Shown here: piece after piece, positions 1 to 13,129 of the stretch | Numbering within the stretch: position 1 is the stretch's first letter | Layout: the number at the start of each line of letters is the position of its first letter | From: Vitrella brassicaformis CCMP3155 | Taxonomy: Eukaryota; Protista; Chromerida | Assembly: GCA_001179505.1 (NCBI GenBank) | Contig: CDMY01000268.1 | Location: forward strand, 1-64,000 | Length of the DNA stretch: 64,000 bases | Direction: 5' to 3' | Translations under genes and position numbers: made by a program | Notes under the pieces: model-generated | Seen by the model: only the letters and a program-made list of their open reading frames with translations | Database searches by the model: none | What the model was told of the DNA's origin: nothing

Positions 1-46
1 ACAGACACTCAGCTGGTCGGCAGACGGACCATTCCACCCACTCAGA

Positions 47-298
47 GGCACAGAGCCATCCATCCATCCATCCAGGCCCATGGACCGATTGGCTGACGAT
101 AAGGTGACTGACCATCACACCACACTCATAAGGCAGAAAGGCACCACACAGTGAAGGAACACACAAAAGGAAGGCACAGAGCCATCCATCCATCCATCCA
201 GGCCCATGGACCGATTGACTGACGATAAGGTGACTGACCATCACACCACACTCATAAGGCAGAAAGGCACCACACAGTGAAGGAACACACAAAAGGAA
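47..298. repeat. 126-bp tandem duplication (2 copies)
   Basis: GGCACAGAGCCATCCATCC...CACACAAAAGGAA starts at 47 and again at 173, near-identical (ttggctg vs ttgactg). Confidence 0.9.
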
Positions 299-386
299 AA
301 GGCGGCCAATCGCAGGCACACAAGTCACACCAGCCCAACGCTCAAACACATCACACCGACTCAAATGTCGTCTCACATTTCCTCGA

Positions 387-1032
387 TTACTCCACGACTG
401 TAGGATCGGAATATATTTCAATTTGCTCACACTCCCCGCCACCATTGTAGCCCCCGTCACCATTGTAGCCCCCGCCGCCATTGTAGCCCCCGCCACCATT
501 GTAGCCGTTCCCACCTGCATGCCGGTGCACACACACACAAAGGCAAACAACAGCCGCTCGTTCGTCTGCCGTGACCACCGCACACCGCCACACTCACCGA
601 GGCTGTATTTCTTGTAGAGGACGGAATTGACCTTCATCATGCCCACGTGGTCATTGCCGTAGTGGGAGATGGTGGTGAGGTAGCCGCTGAGATAGTTGGC
701 CACGTACATCTGTGTGTGGACGGGGAGCGGAGGGGGCAGCCACACGCACACACACACACACACACAGAGGGGTCAGATATGTGTGTTGTGGGTGGGTGTG
801 TCGGTGTCGGGTGTGACATACATATTTGTGGAGGCTCTTCTCGATGTACGCGGTGCACATGGCGTCTTTGTGCTCTTTGGCTGCGTAATACAGCTGAACG
901 GACACACATCAACAACACATCCATCCCATCCCCAAGTGTGTCAGTCCGTCTGCCCCCCTCTGCCTCTCACCTTCTTTGTCGCCTCGTAGAGCTCGACATA
1001 TGAGTAGATCAAATCCTTGTAGGTCGAGAGAG

Positions 1033-1066
<34 letters not shown>

Positions 1067-1848
1067 CACTTGAAGCACACAGACACCGAAGTACGTTTGC
1101 AGACCTTGTAAGGATCGTCATTGTAGTAGAGCTTCTCGATGGCTTGGGGCACATAGGGATGACCACGGCTGACATCACACACAGGGAGAGAGGGAGAGGG
1201 TCAAGATGGTCGCAAACACAGACACCACGTACCTCTGCAAGTAGTTGATGATCTTATCAACCTTCGTCACAAGCATTCTAAAGTAGTAGAATGCGGCATG
1301 ACCAAATCCTTCCAGCCTGACAACCAGACAGACAGCACACACGACCTATGGTGCACTGATGTGTAGAGGGGTGTGCGTGAGGGTGGGGTGCTCACTCGAC
1401 TTTTTTTTGCCGGTAGTAGTAGCCGATGTTCTGGAGCTTGTATGCGTGCTCCAGCATGTGGTTGATGTAGTCATTGATCTCATGCCTCAGGTCGTCAGGG
1501 ATTCCCCACTTGTCGTCCCCATTCCACGCAGGCACATCCTTATCCTCCTTGTCCTCAGCTGCCGGCTTCTTGCCCTTGACGCTCACAGCGTCGTCCTCAG
1601 CCAGAGACCGCACGAGGGAGGGCGCCTGCTGCTGCTCCTCCTGCTGCTTCTCCTCGCACAGCGCCACAGACACTGAGACACAGAGACGGGGGAGACACAG
1701 CACACAGGCGGACAGCGGCACAGCAGACACACACAGGCAGACAGAGAGTGATGTCCCGTGCGGTGGTGCTCTGCCTTCGTCGTGCTGTGAGCGACGTACC
1801 TGAGGCGGCGAGCAGCAGCGTGACGGCGACGAGAGAACACACGCGCAT
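387..1848 (-). CDS. Multi-exon secreted protein, Tyr-rich, with C-terminal GGYNG repeats; function unknown
   Basis: ATG at 1848, signal peptide MRVCSLVAVTLLLAAS then a phase-1 GT intron. Phase-consistent exons: VSVALCEEKQQ..YYYRQKKV / ELEGFGHAAFYYFRMLV / RGHPYVPQAIEKLYYNDDPYK / PLSTYKDLIYSYVELYEATKK / LYYAAKEHKD / MYVANYLSGY / GGNGYNGGGGYNG..DPTVVE*. Confidence 0.75.
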
Positions 1849-2208
1849 CGTGACTGTCGGCGGCAGCACTAGTGTGGGAGGAAGAGAGCGAGGGAAAACC
1901 CGAGAAAAGCGAAAAGAAGCGACGGAAAGGGACAAAGACGGCCGAAGGAAAGGCAAACAGAGCGAAAACCCAAAAACGCAGCGGCGATTCGGAAAATGCC
2001 GTTGCCGGACAGTCAGTTAAGAAATGACAGAAACAATGGGAAACGGCGGCCATTATTCTCGCGACCCAGCGTTGCCGGACCACGGAAAGCTTTTTTTACT
2101 TTGCTTCTTTTTTGAGCCCTCTTTCGCCCTCCCGGCCGGTTTCTTTTGGAGAAAACCTCTTTCCCGGCCTTCTGCTTGGTTTCTTCTCCTCTCCTGTGCG
2201 CGAAAGAG

Positions 2209-3079
2209 ATGCGGTCCCTCCAGGCCTCCTCGCTCGTGCTGGCGCTGCTTGCCTCGGCGGCAGGTGAGCCACACACTCGCACACACACACGCCCTGCTGT
2301 TTTTCTGCCTCTTTTTTCTCCTCTCTACACCGCAGCACATCAGATCACTTCACACACGTGTCTCTCCGTGTCGGTGGTGTGTGTGGTCAGTGCTGCCCTT
2401 CGCCGAGGCGACGGACGCGTCCTCGTCAGTGGACGCCTTCTGGCGCTTCCTGCAGGGCACGACAAATCAAGGGAGAGGCGGCGGCCGCCCCGACCCCGAC
2501 AAGTGCTCGCCCTGTGACCCGTGTGACTGTGAGGACGAGAAGACGGACATGCCGACGTCGACGGAGGAGCCGACGACGACGTCTACCGAGAAACCGCCCG
2601 GGTACTGCGGCGATAAGGAGATTTACATGATGGGGCGGTGCTGGCCTTACGACCCGAAGATGGAGGTCAGCAAAGCAGGCAGGCAGTCGGTGTCCACCCA
2701 ATTACGCACGCACCCAGCCAGCCACTTTGTTTTGTGTGTTGTCACTGTGGTGTTGGGTGCAGCTGTCGGAGCCACAGAAGGAGGGTATTGACGCAATCAT
2801 TGGTGGAAACATTGTTGCGGGCCTCATCAACCTCGGAGACATTTTTGTTTTCAACATCGAAATCAGGGTGTGCCGTGGCGAACCGAACCGAGCGACTCTC
2901 TGTTCTCTTGTCATTTCGCGCGTCTGCCTGTACGTGTCGTGTGCGCAGGAGCCGGTTTTCAACCTTATCCTGAAGAACTCTTTCGAATACGCTGCCAAGC
3001 GCGGTCGGGGCGGCCGTGATGACGATCTTTGGGGAAACCGCAATGGAGGGAACAGCAGTACGTTGATGGTCACGGGGGT

Positions 3080-3115
<36 letters not shown>

Positions 3116-3650
3116 TGTGTGCAGGTCTGCCTAATGCTCCCCAGCTGCCCGCCGGCCAGGAGGACCCTCTTGATGGTGGCTACACCGATCCCAAGGAGGA
3201 GTGCTGTGCGTGTCCCGCCAATGAGACGTCGGGCGACTACGATGGGGTGTCTGAGGACGAGAACGATATCACCGACACCACAGTCAACAAGGGCGGGTCT
3301 GTCCCCAATGCGTACGCCACATCCACACTCAGATCCGTCTGTCAACACGTGCATCTCTGCGTGTGCGCTGTCTGGTGTTGGTGTGTCTTTCTGTGTGTGT
3401 TTGCGCAGCCCGGAAGAGCCGAAAGAGCCGAAAGGCAAGCGACACCACACACACTCCCACACACACGCGCCACACATTCATCCATCCACCCCCCTCCCTC
3501 CCCCTGTGTGTGTGTGCAGACGACTACGATGCCGATGACGACACAGGCGTGGTCGACTCGGGTGTGGTGATCATCAACGAAAAGGGCAACGCCATCATCA
3601 ACCGGAACTCTAGAAAGACCAAGACACTCAAGAAGGAAGACCGCGTGTGA
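2209..3650 (+). CDS. Multi-exon secreted Cys/acidic protein; function unknown
   Basis: Signal peptide MRSLQASSLVLALLASAA then a phase-1 intron. Exons: LPFAEATD..CSPCDPCDCEDE..CWPYDPKME / LSEPQKEGIDAIIGGNIVAGLINLGDIFVFNIEIR / EPVFNLILKNSF / GLPNAPQ..ECCACP / PEEPKEPK / DDYDADDD..KKEDRV*. One GC-AG intron (3435-3519) is needed to keep frame. Confidence 0.75.
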
Positions 3651-4880
3651 ATGCTCTGCTCTGATGAGATGAGACACAGAAGATGCAGAGAGGGGGGCAG
3701 ACAGGAGAACCTCACTTCACACGCACTTTTGTATTTGCGCCTTACACACTCACACGCAAAGAGAGAGGGCGGGAGTCATGGGAAAGAGGCGACACACACA
3801 GCACCATCACTACCACACCCACTTCTCACACGGTCAGCCAGGTGCCTTTCTAGCCCAAATATTTGTTTCTGTGTGAGCGCATCGCATCATCGTTTTTGTT
3901 TGGTGGGTGGGGTCGTTTTTCTTTTGTGTACACATTCGTCTAGAGACACGGTTCTGTACACACGTTTGTGAGTGGGTGGATGGTGGGTGGGTCGGTCCGG
4001 TCTGTACGCACATGTGTGTAAGTAATTCTATCTCTGTACTTCTTCACACGCATGTGTAGGGTGGTGGTGGTGGGCATGGAGGGTGAGTGGTGTAGCCACC
4101 GATCTGTCTGTCTGCTGTGAGGGCGAAAGCTGCCCTGCTCTCTGCCTGCCTGTCTTACTCGCCGTATTTGCCTTACTCGCCGCTGTTGATATTACCGCCC
4201 TTATTGCCATATGCCATTCATTCGATGAAGAGGATAGGAACTTGTGTGTGCCATGCACATGTGTGGATGTAACGTGAGGGCTGTACGGACCTATGACAGA
4301 TAGCGTTCTTTGCATTGGATTGATGTACCGCGCTGAGAGATAGGGATGGATTCGTAGCTCGTCTCTACTACTCTCGAGCTCGTCCAGCCACACGGACAGA
4401 CAGGAAGAGGAAATGGCGTTCGTCGCCCCACACCTAGTGCGATGGTTCGTGTGTGTGTGTTTGAGTGGGTGCTGTGCTGTGCGTGATGCGATGCTGTAGT
4501 GAAAAGTGGCAATCAAATGAATGAATGAGACAGATGGATGGATGGAACTACTACATACGAGACGCCCTGTATATGTCGTGTGTGTGTATGCGATGCAGTC
4601 TAATCGATTGAGAGTGCCAAATGGATATATATATGAGTCTGGCCACACACCACACCACACACGCACATGCACACATGTGCAACACAACCATCCATCCATC
4701 GTGTCGTGTGATGCAGCAGCAACAAACAGAAAAACACCCGCCCTCAGCCAGCCCGTCCGGCTCGAGCAAGTAACCATTTCCACATGTGCACTCGTGTGTG
4801 TCCATGCGTGTGTCAGAATAGGAGCACGATGCCGCGGCTGTTCATGCTTGCACAGCCACGGCGCCGTGCAGCTCGTCCGA

Positions 4881-6334
4881 CAGACGCACAGACTCACACA
4901 CGCGCACAGACGTCACAGGGGTCAACAACAACTTAGTGGGTCAATCTGCCTCTCTGCCTCTCTCTCTGTCAGAGTGTGTCGCTCTGCAAAAACGCTCTCT
5001 CATCTGATCAGATAGTACGCAGATGAGTGAGTGTCTGTGTGTGGGGATGAATTACACGCATCAATCAATCGGTCGATCAAGTGATGATACACACCCACAT
5101 CCATCCACCCACCCACAGAGAGAGAGAGAGAGATGAATACACACAGATACACACAAATACACATACACACACGCACAGATACACACAAATATGCCGTTAA
5201 CAGCACGGCACTTCCTCCCCCCCTCCCTCCCTCCGTCCCTCGCCACTGCCATCTACCCCCTCCCCCCACCCGCCCACCCATCCCAAAATCGCCGCTCGCG
5301 TCAGCAGCAGCGCAGCACCAGCAACACCAGACACGCAGCCAGGTATTGTGTCTTAACAGCTACCGATCGATCAGCCCATCCATGGGTGGATGGATGGATG
5401 GATCATGGGATGGATCATCCGTGTCGCGTCTTGTTGTGGTTGTACTGCTTGGGCTGCNNNNNNNNNNNNNNNNNNNNNNNNNNNNNNNNNNNNNNNNNNN
5501 NNNNNNNNNNNNNNNNNNNNNNNNNNNNNNNNNNNNNNNNNNNNNNNNNNNNNNNNNNNNNNNNNNNNNNNNNNNNNNNNNNNNNNNNNNNNNNNNNNNN
5601 NNNNNNNNNNNNNNNNNNNNNNNNNNNNNNNNNNNNNNNNNNNNNNNNNNNNNNNNNNNNNNNNNNNNNNNNNNNNNNNNNNNNNNNNNNNNNNNNNNNN
5701 NNNNNNNNNNNNNNNNNNNNNNNNNNNNNNNNNNNNNNNNNNNNNNNNNNNNNNNNNCAGACGCACAGACTCACACACGCGCACAGACGTCACAGGGGTC
5801 AACAACAACTTAGTGGGTCAATCTGCCTCTCTGCCTCTCTCTCTGTCAGAGTGTGTCGCTCTGCAAAAACGCTCTCTCATCTGATCAGATAGTACGCAGA
5901 TGAGTGAGTGTCTGTGTGTGGGGATGAATTACACGCATCAATCAATCGGTCGATCAAGTGATGATACACACCCACATCCATCCACCCACCCACAGAGAGA
6001 GAGAGAGAGATGAATACACACAGATACACACAAATACACATACACACACGCACAGATACACACAAATATGCCGTTAACAGCACGGCACTTCCTCCCCCCC
6101 TCCCTCCCTCCGTCCCTCGCCACTGCCATCTACCCCCTCCCCCCACCCGCCCACCCATCCCAAAATCGCCGCTCGCGTCAGCAGCAGCGCAGCACCAGCA
6201 ACACCAGACACGCAGCCAGGTATTGTGTCTTAACAGCTACCGATCGATCAGCCCATCCATGGGTGGATGGATGGATGGATCATGGGATGGATCATCCGTG
6301 TCGCGTCTTGTTGTGGTTGTACTGCTTGGGCTGC
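4881..6334. repeat. 577-bp exact duplication flanking an N gap (offset 877); probable assembly artefact
   Basis: 4881-5457 matches 5758-6334. The copies are separated by the 300-N gap at 5458-5757. Confidence 0.8.
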
Positions 6335-8743
6335 TTCTTCTTGCCGCGCTTCGGGCGGGTTGGCTGCACATACACACGACAGACAGACAAACACCGACAC
6401 AGAGAGAGAGATCCATTCAGGCCTGTACATCTCTTTCTCTCTCTGTGTGTGTTTGGGGGNNNNNNNNNNNNNNNNNNNNNNNNNNNNNNNNNNNNNNNNN
6501 NNNNNNNNNNNNNNNNNNNNNNNNNNNNNNNNNNNNNNNNNNNNNNNNNNNNNNNNNNNNNNNNNNNNNNNNNNNNNNNNNNNNNNNNNNNNNNNNNNNN
6601 NNNNNNNNNNNNNNNNNNNNNNNNNNNNNNNNNNNNNNNNNNNNNNNNNNNNNNNNNNNNNNNNNNNNNNNNNNNNNNNNNNNNNNNNNNNNNNNNNNNN
6701 NNNNNNNNNNNNNNNNNNNNNNNNNNNNNNNNNNNNNNNNNNNNNNNNNNNNNNNNNNNGGGGGGGGAGGGGAAGGTACCTGGTTGTGTGGCTTCTTGGC
6801 CGCTCCCTTGGGTCGCTGCTGCTGGCCGCCGTTGCTGCTGCTGTCCATCTCAAAACTCACGTCAAACGGGGGCGGCATGTTGTTCATGCGGGCGCCTATC
6901 ACACACAGACACACAGAGACGCGCACACACATGTGTCCATCTGTGTGTGTGTGTGTGTGTGTCGTTGGGGCGTACCAGAGGATGACGATCCACTGCGGGT
7001 GTTGGTGTTGGCGTTGGCGGTGGTGTTGGATGTGTGTGGGGCGGATGAGCGGCCCATCGACGACAGCAGACGGCGGACCTCCTCAACATCTACATGCACC
7101 ACACATCACACACACATTGACTGAGGCATTCATTCCTCTGCGTGTGTGTTGGTGCCCACCCATGTCAGAGAATTCGTCGTCGTCATCGTCATCGTCGTCG
7201 ATGTCGCTGTCCTCACTGTCGTCGTCAAACACGTCCTCATCCTCATCTACACATCAGCACAGAACACGCCAACACAGCCATCCATCCATCCATCCACGCG
7301 ATTCCATACTCACACGCACCATGCGCACACGCACACACGTACACACGTACCTTCCCACTCGTCGTCTCTGCGGTTGCGGGCGCCGGATGCCGTGGACGGC
7401 CGGGGGCGGCCGGCGAACTCACCTGCACACGCAGACACGACACGAACGCCATCCACACACACAGAGGAACACAGGTGGCCTGCTGTTCGTTCCTAACTCA
7501 CCGGGTGTGGGGGTGTGGCGACCAAACATCATCTCAAACAACACCTGACAGATCAACACACGAACGAACCTATCCTACATGTGTCTGCGGTAAATGCCTG
7601 CAGAGCTTACGTCTTCCTCTGAGGGTCCTGGTCCCCCCATGCCCATGCCGCCCATGCGACCTCCCGGCCCCGCCCCGCCACCACGACCGCCAGCGACACT
7701 GCCACCACCACCACGACGAGCCCGCTGCACAGAACGACATCCACAGACAGAGGCCCAGATGCACACGTGTGTGTGTATGGTGCACACGGCGTGTGTCGTC
7801 ATGTGTGCAGCAGATACCTCTGCGTTCCGTCTGCGGTTGCGCCGTGCCCGTCCGCCTCCCCCGCTGCCCCCGCCTCTGCCCCCGCCGCGAGAAGAGGATG
7901 AGGGCGCCACACCGACCAGACCGATGCCGGGGATGAAGAACATCATCTCCTGAACAACCACAACCACACACACAGAAAGAGAGAGAGGGAGAGAGGGAGA
8001 GATTCGTACATACATGGTTGTGTGTGTGGTGGGTGTTGTCTGTGTTGTGCGTCTGTGTGTTGTACGTCATCGTCGTCGTCCGGAAATGGGAAGGGGAACC
8101 CCCCTCTACCGCCCCCTCTCCCTCCCCCCCCACCTCTCCCGCCGCCGAACCCCATACCGCCCATACCCATACCCATAGGCCCCGGAGCAAACAGATGCAT
8201 AAACATCTCCTGTGAAAAAAGAAAGACAGACACACAGCCACGTGTGTGTGGGAGCTGTGGTGTGCTGTGGTGGATGGTGTGGTGGATTCGCACCATGAAC
8301 TCATCGATGTCGTGGTGGCAGTCGTCCTCGTCAATGGATCCGGTCTTGTCGTACCGCTCTCGCTTGGCCGCATCACTCAACACAGTGTACGCCTGCAAAC
8401 ATACACAACACACACCCAACACGCACACGCAAGGATGGTCACCAGACATGTGTGTGCAGACGCCCATGTGCTAATGCGGACAGCGTGGGCGCGTCTAGCG
8501 TACCTCTCCCAACTGCTGAAACTTTGCTGTGGCCTCCTCGTCACCAGGGTTCTTGTCCGGGTGACAGCGCTGACACACACATCACACATCACACAACACA
8601 CACATCCCTGTGGACAGTGTGGGTGTGCGTAAGGTGCTTACGAGTGCCGCCTTGCGATAGGCCTTCTTGATGTCGTCGTCAGAGGCGTCGACGGGCACGC
8701 CCAGCGTCTCGTACAGTCCCTTCGGATCGCTCCCGTCGGGCAT
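6292..8743 (-). CDS. DnaJ (Hsp40) protein with J domain, G/F/M-rich region, RGG-like and acidic tracts; model crosses gap 6460-6759
   Basis: Spliced J domain: MPDGSDPKGLYETLGVPVDASDDDIKKAYRKAAL / RCHPDKNPGDEEATAKFQQLGE / AYTVLSDAAKRERYD, with the HPD motif. Last exon PTRPKRGKKKQPKQYNHNKTRHG*. Confidence 0.9.
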
Positions 8744-9465
8744 GGTGACGCGCGACGATTCTCCAAACACACCACAACACCTCACACAGCCCAGCCTCAA
8801 TCAACAGCTCACCTGCACACGCACAGGTCACAAGAAGGCGCATATGTGCCTCCCCTGTGTGTATCATCATTCTCACCCTCGAGAGCTGCCGCGTGCAGAG
8901 AGGACGCACACCGGGATTACTGACGACACGGGGAGGGGAAGGAACGATGCGGGAGCGACGAGATGCCACTCCCACACTTATGACGGGCCTCTCTGTCGCG
9001 TCAAAGAAGGCCTTTTTTACTCTGCTCCTATGGCGAGCTTTTTGTCGCCGAGCTCGCACAGGGATTGAACCAATGCGGATGGCGGTGTGAGGTTGGCAGG
9101 CGCACGGAGGCCAGGAGCTGCGATTGACTCATTCGTTGTCAGACTGTCACCGATTTTCTTTTTTTCTATACATGTCGCATCCCGGCCGTGCCTAGCTGTG
9201 CCAAACAAAAGGCATCATGGCCTCACGACGAGAGGCTGGCTGGCAGTACACACACGTACAAAGGGGAAGCAGGCAGATGCACATGACACAGCACACATGT
9301 CTGGCTGAATACATAGCTGGGGCACAGACATGAGACGGAGGGCCAAAGAGAGAGAGGCATCATAGAGCTGGATAAAAGCCGAATGCACCCATACATTAGC
9401 CATCAAAACATACCATGGTGAGAAACCACGAGCATCACTCAATCAAGCTGACCTCTGCCTCACTC

Positions 9466-10874
9466 TCACACCACACTTAACACCTCCACTTCGTCAGCCA
9501 TAAATGCCGCACTGCCCCCAAGCAAAGCAATCCCATCCTCATTCATCACCCCCACATAGCCATCAGGCACATCATCTCTGAGGATGATCTGACGGCAGCT
9601 GCGCATATCATCAGCAGCGCCACCCTGATGGCCCAACCACAGCCACCTACCGATCGTCAGCTTCGCCTCGTCCACTGACCCCTCCCGCCCAGCCACCCAC
9701 ACCACCCGGCTGTATTCCATCATGATCTTGGGTGTGTGGAAATGGCTGGCCAGTGAGAAATCCCCCCCATCGCAGTCGTACATGTTCTCGCCGGTCGGGT
9801 CATCGGGCAGCTGGATCCCGGCACTGATGAAGACGCCGAAGAGATAGTCTCGCTTCTTGACGACGAACACGAGGCTCTTCGTGTCGCCCAAACACCGCAG
9901 CAGATCGCCATACGACGGCCCATTACGGGTGGCTCTGGGAATGCCACACACACAGAGGGAGAAAAACGAGTGCACTGCCGTGCATTCGTTTGGCGTTGCG
10001 CATTCTCACCGGTAGAGGGACCGCAGCGACTTCTTGTTGCCTCAGACCCACTTGGTGAGAAACACTCCCTGGCCTCTGGTCACCGTACTGCCCTCAACCG
10101 GTGACTGCACAGCAAACGGACTGATGTCATGACATGGCCACTGATCGTCTCCCCGTGACATTGACCTCACCGTCACGAGTGTGTGAAGCCGAGACTGCAT
10201 TGAAGGCAGGTCCGCCGCCATATCCACCTCATTCGCCAGCTGACACATCTCGATGACCCTCTGGGTCTCCGCTCGAGTCAGCGAATAGGCGGCGGTGCCA
10301 CACTTGAGCAAAGCAGCCATTCGGTCGCGCTCTGCACACATCGGAAAACACCTTTGTATGCATTGCGTGTCTGTGTGTCCTTGGCCGTATTCGGTTGTCA
10401 CCTTGCTTCTCTTTAGCCTCGACTGCGGCCGCCAGGGGGTAGTTCTTCGGGGCCTCCTCGGTGGCTGGTGTCGTGACCCTGCCAATCACACACACCACAC
10501 GCTGTTGTGCGGCCGTCCTCTCATGAGTCATCTTGAGTGTCTTACCCGCATCGTTTGGGCAAAGGATGACGTTGTTGGCGGCATGGAGGCGGAAGTCATC
10601 AACGCACTGAGGAACACACATCGGATCTGATCAGATGATGCCACAGCAGCAGCAGCGGCCTCTCTGCTTCTCACATCTGCGCAGAACGAATGGCCTGGTT
10701 AACACACACAGATCAAGCAGACCACATGAGCCAGTCAGCGCTCCTTGCCCTCCCCGCCCAGTGCTTCACTCACTCACCGCATCTGAGCTGCCGAGGTTCG
10801 TTCTGTCCGCTGCTTGTGAAGCCATTCGTGCAGATCCCGCACAGCAGATGCTGATCGTCACCCGTGGCAGCCAT
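9466..10874 (-). pseudogene. RING-finger-TLDc gene with a frameshift and a nonsense codon
   Basis: CGIC..LRC/GHSFCAD/CVDD..CPN RING, then TLDc exon ATRNGPSYGDLLRC..FMADEVEVLSVV*. One base is missing near 10550 (aaacgatgcgg vs aaacagatgcgg in paralogues). In-frame TGA at 10042-10044 where the 61-kb paralogue has GGA. Confidence 0.8.
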
Positions 10875-11495
10875 CACGCTTCCCGGCCGGCGAGCAGTTT
10901 CACGCAATGTCCTAGGCGGCCTGGCGGCCAGTCCCATGTCTCTTGGGCACAATCAAACTGACGGCCAAGCTCGCATCTCAAGGCAGATCTCGAGGCATCC
11001 TCAGCCTTGTTTTCTTTTGGCTGAGGATGCCATCGGCCTCCCCTCCCTCTGGGGGTCATGTTGGTCCTCGTCCGGTCCCCGTCCGTACCCATTTGGCTGT
11101 GGTTGGCGTCTCCGACCTTCCCGCATGATGCTGTCTGCCGCAGCTGTCATTATATCGCTCAGCCTTATTGGCTCTTCCTCTGGCGTCCTTCTCGCCCCCC
11201 CGGCACGCTCTCCCACATCCCCCGAGCCTCAATTGGGTCTTCATCGTGAAGATCTGCTTGACGACGCCGTCTCAGCGGACCGACGTGACGAGAACTGCAC
11301 TTGCTCCCGCCTGGGACATGCGGCTTCCCCCCCGTCCCCGGTCGTCAGAGTGTGCTGAACCGCTGGTGTTGCCGTGGTGAAGCTGCAATGATGCTTGCGT
11401 GGGGATGGGAGGGCATCTGCTTCATTGCATGGTTTGCTTGTTGCACTGGCACCGTGATCATGATGTGCTCTGTGTGGTGTGGGCGGAGGCGGTCT

Positions 11496-11935
11496 GTCAT
11501 GTCTTGTCATTTGGATGATCTCTCTGCCTGAGGTAGCCTATCACGTGAGGTCGCACGCCGCCATGTCTTTTCTTTTGCGTGTGCATGATTACGCGTGTGG
11601 TTATACTTCGGCGTGCCTCTATGTATCGAGACCAGACTCCTGTCATTCATGGTGCTGCCTCTGTCCGTCTGTGGGACCCTTCTTGCCTCTGTCTGTCTAG
11701 CTTGCTTCCCCCGCCTTCCCCCTGCCTTTCATGTCCTCGTGCTCATCGTCTTCGTTTGAGTGCTTGGTGGTGGGGGTGAAGCGGCTGGTGATGTCTTGTC
11801 ATTGGTGTGGTCTCTTCTCTGCGGTAGCCTATCACGTGTCGTTGCCCGCCATGTCTTTTCTTTTGCGTGTGCATGGTTGCGCGTGTGGTTAGACTTCGGC
11901 GTGCCTCTCTGTTGCGACCATACTCATGCCATTTC
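11496..11935. repeat. Diverged ~150-bp direct repeat
   Basis: ATGTCTTGTCATT..GGTAGCCTATCACGTG..GCCATGTCTTTTCTTTTGCGTGTGCATG..ACTTCGGCGTGCCTCT occurs at ~11496-11650 and ~11789-11935. Confidence 0.7.
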
Positions 11936-13129
11936 AGCCAGTGCCGCATGTCTGTCTGTTTGCTCATTACCGCGGCGGGGCNNNNNNNNNNNNNNNNNNN
12001 NNNNNNNNNNNNNNNNNNNNNNNNNNNNNNNNNNNNNNNNNNNNNNNNNNNNNNNNNNNNNNNNNNNNNNNNNNNNNNNNNNNNNNNNNNNNNNNNNNNN
12101 NNNNNNNNNNNNNNNNNNNNNNNNNNNNNNNNNNNNNNNNNNNNNNNNNNNNNNNNNNNNNNNNNNNNNNNNNNNNNNNNNNNNNNNNNNNNNNNNNNNN
12201 NNNNNNNNNNNNNNNNNNNNNNNNNNNNNNNNNNNNNNNNNNNNNNNNNNNNNNNNNNNNNNNNNNNNNNNNNNNNNNNNNCTGTGTCACGAAGAGAGCG
12301 ATACAATGGACAAGTAGTGACTCAGTGCTGTGTGAAGGGATGGAGTGCACCTTAGGTATTGTCTATCATATGTTGCAGGGCCTCATGGCCTGCCTGGCTA
12401 TTTCCTTCTCTCTCCCTCTGCTGTCTTCCTCTCTTCCTTCCCTATGGGTCCCGTGTGTATATGGTGGTGTATTCATGTGATTGGCTCATTGTTGCTTTGG
12501 TGGCTCAGAGGGCGCTCATTTTTCTACTTCTCCCTTCTGGCTTCTGTACACTTGCCATGGCTCTTGCTGGGCGACAGCGCTCGTTCTTATGTATGTAGCC
12601 GGAATCGGTGTTTGTCAACCTTCTACAAGGCAGCCGGTGCTCTCTGTTGCCATCTGTTTGTCCGCCGGTGCCAGTGCAGGGAGGGCTAGACAGGCCGTGT
12701 GCATGCTCTGCATGTACATGCTGCTAGTTTAGTGCGTGAGACAGCAGGATCCCTCCGGGGTTACAGACACGAGTCTCGTTAAACACAATAACCAACCAAC
12801 CAACCAAACAAACGACACGCAACAGGAATCACCCTTTCTCTCTCTGAGATCTGCGAGCTTGGCATCTGGAGCAGCTTGCAGCCAACGGCAGCTGTTACAG
12901 GTGGCAGATCTCGTATCAATGAATCCAATGTGCCCTCATCTCGCGAGTTTCTGCTGTCAATGTGTGCAGATGAGGTGAGACCGCTCCGGAGATCCGCCGC
13001 TTTGAGAACGAGATGAGCTTAGCTGCGGGAACGCGCGATCGCTGACTGTGGACTCATCCATCTGTCTTGGCGGGAATCTGAGCATCAGCTGGGGATCTGC
13101 AATCCAGATACAAGGGAGCCACAACGACG

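Noticed and set aside
4551-4805. EGF-like string CTCGNGYLLEPDG
   Set aside because: No supporting upstream cysteines or consistent exon chain; too short to call.
4881-6334. Apparent duplicated DnaJ 3' end
   Set aside because: Identical copies abut an N gap; best explained as redundant contig overlap.
9040-9140. tRNA-like T-loop GGTTCAATCCC on the minus strand
   Set aside because: Flanks do not form a T-stem, and there is no D-arm or acceptor stem.
10042-10044. In-frame TGA as selenocysteine or read-through
   Set aside because: The paralogue has Gly (GGA) here and the same gene has an independent frameshift, so simple decay is more likely.
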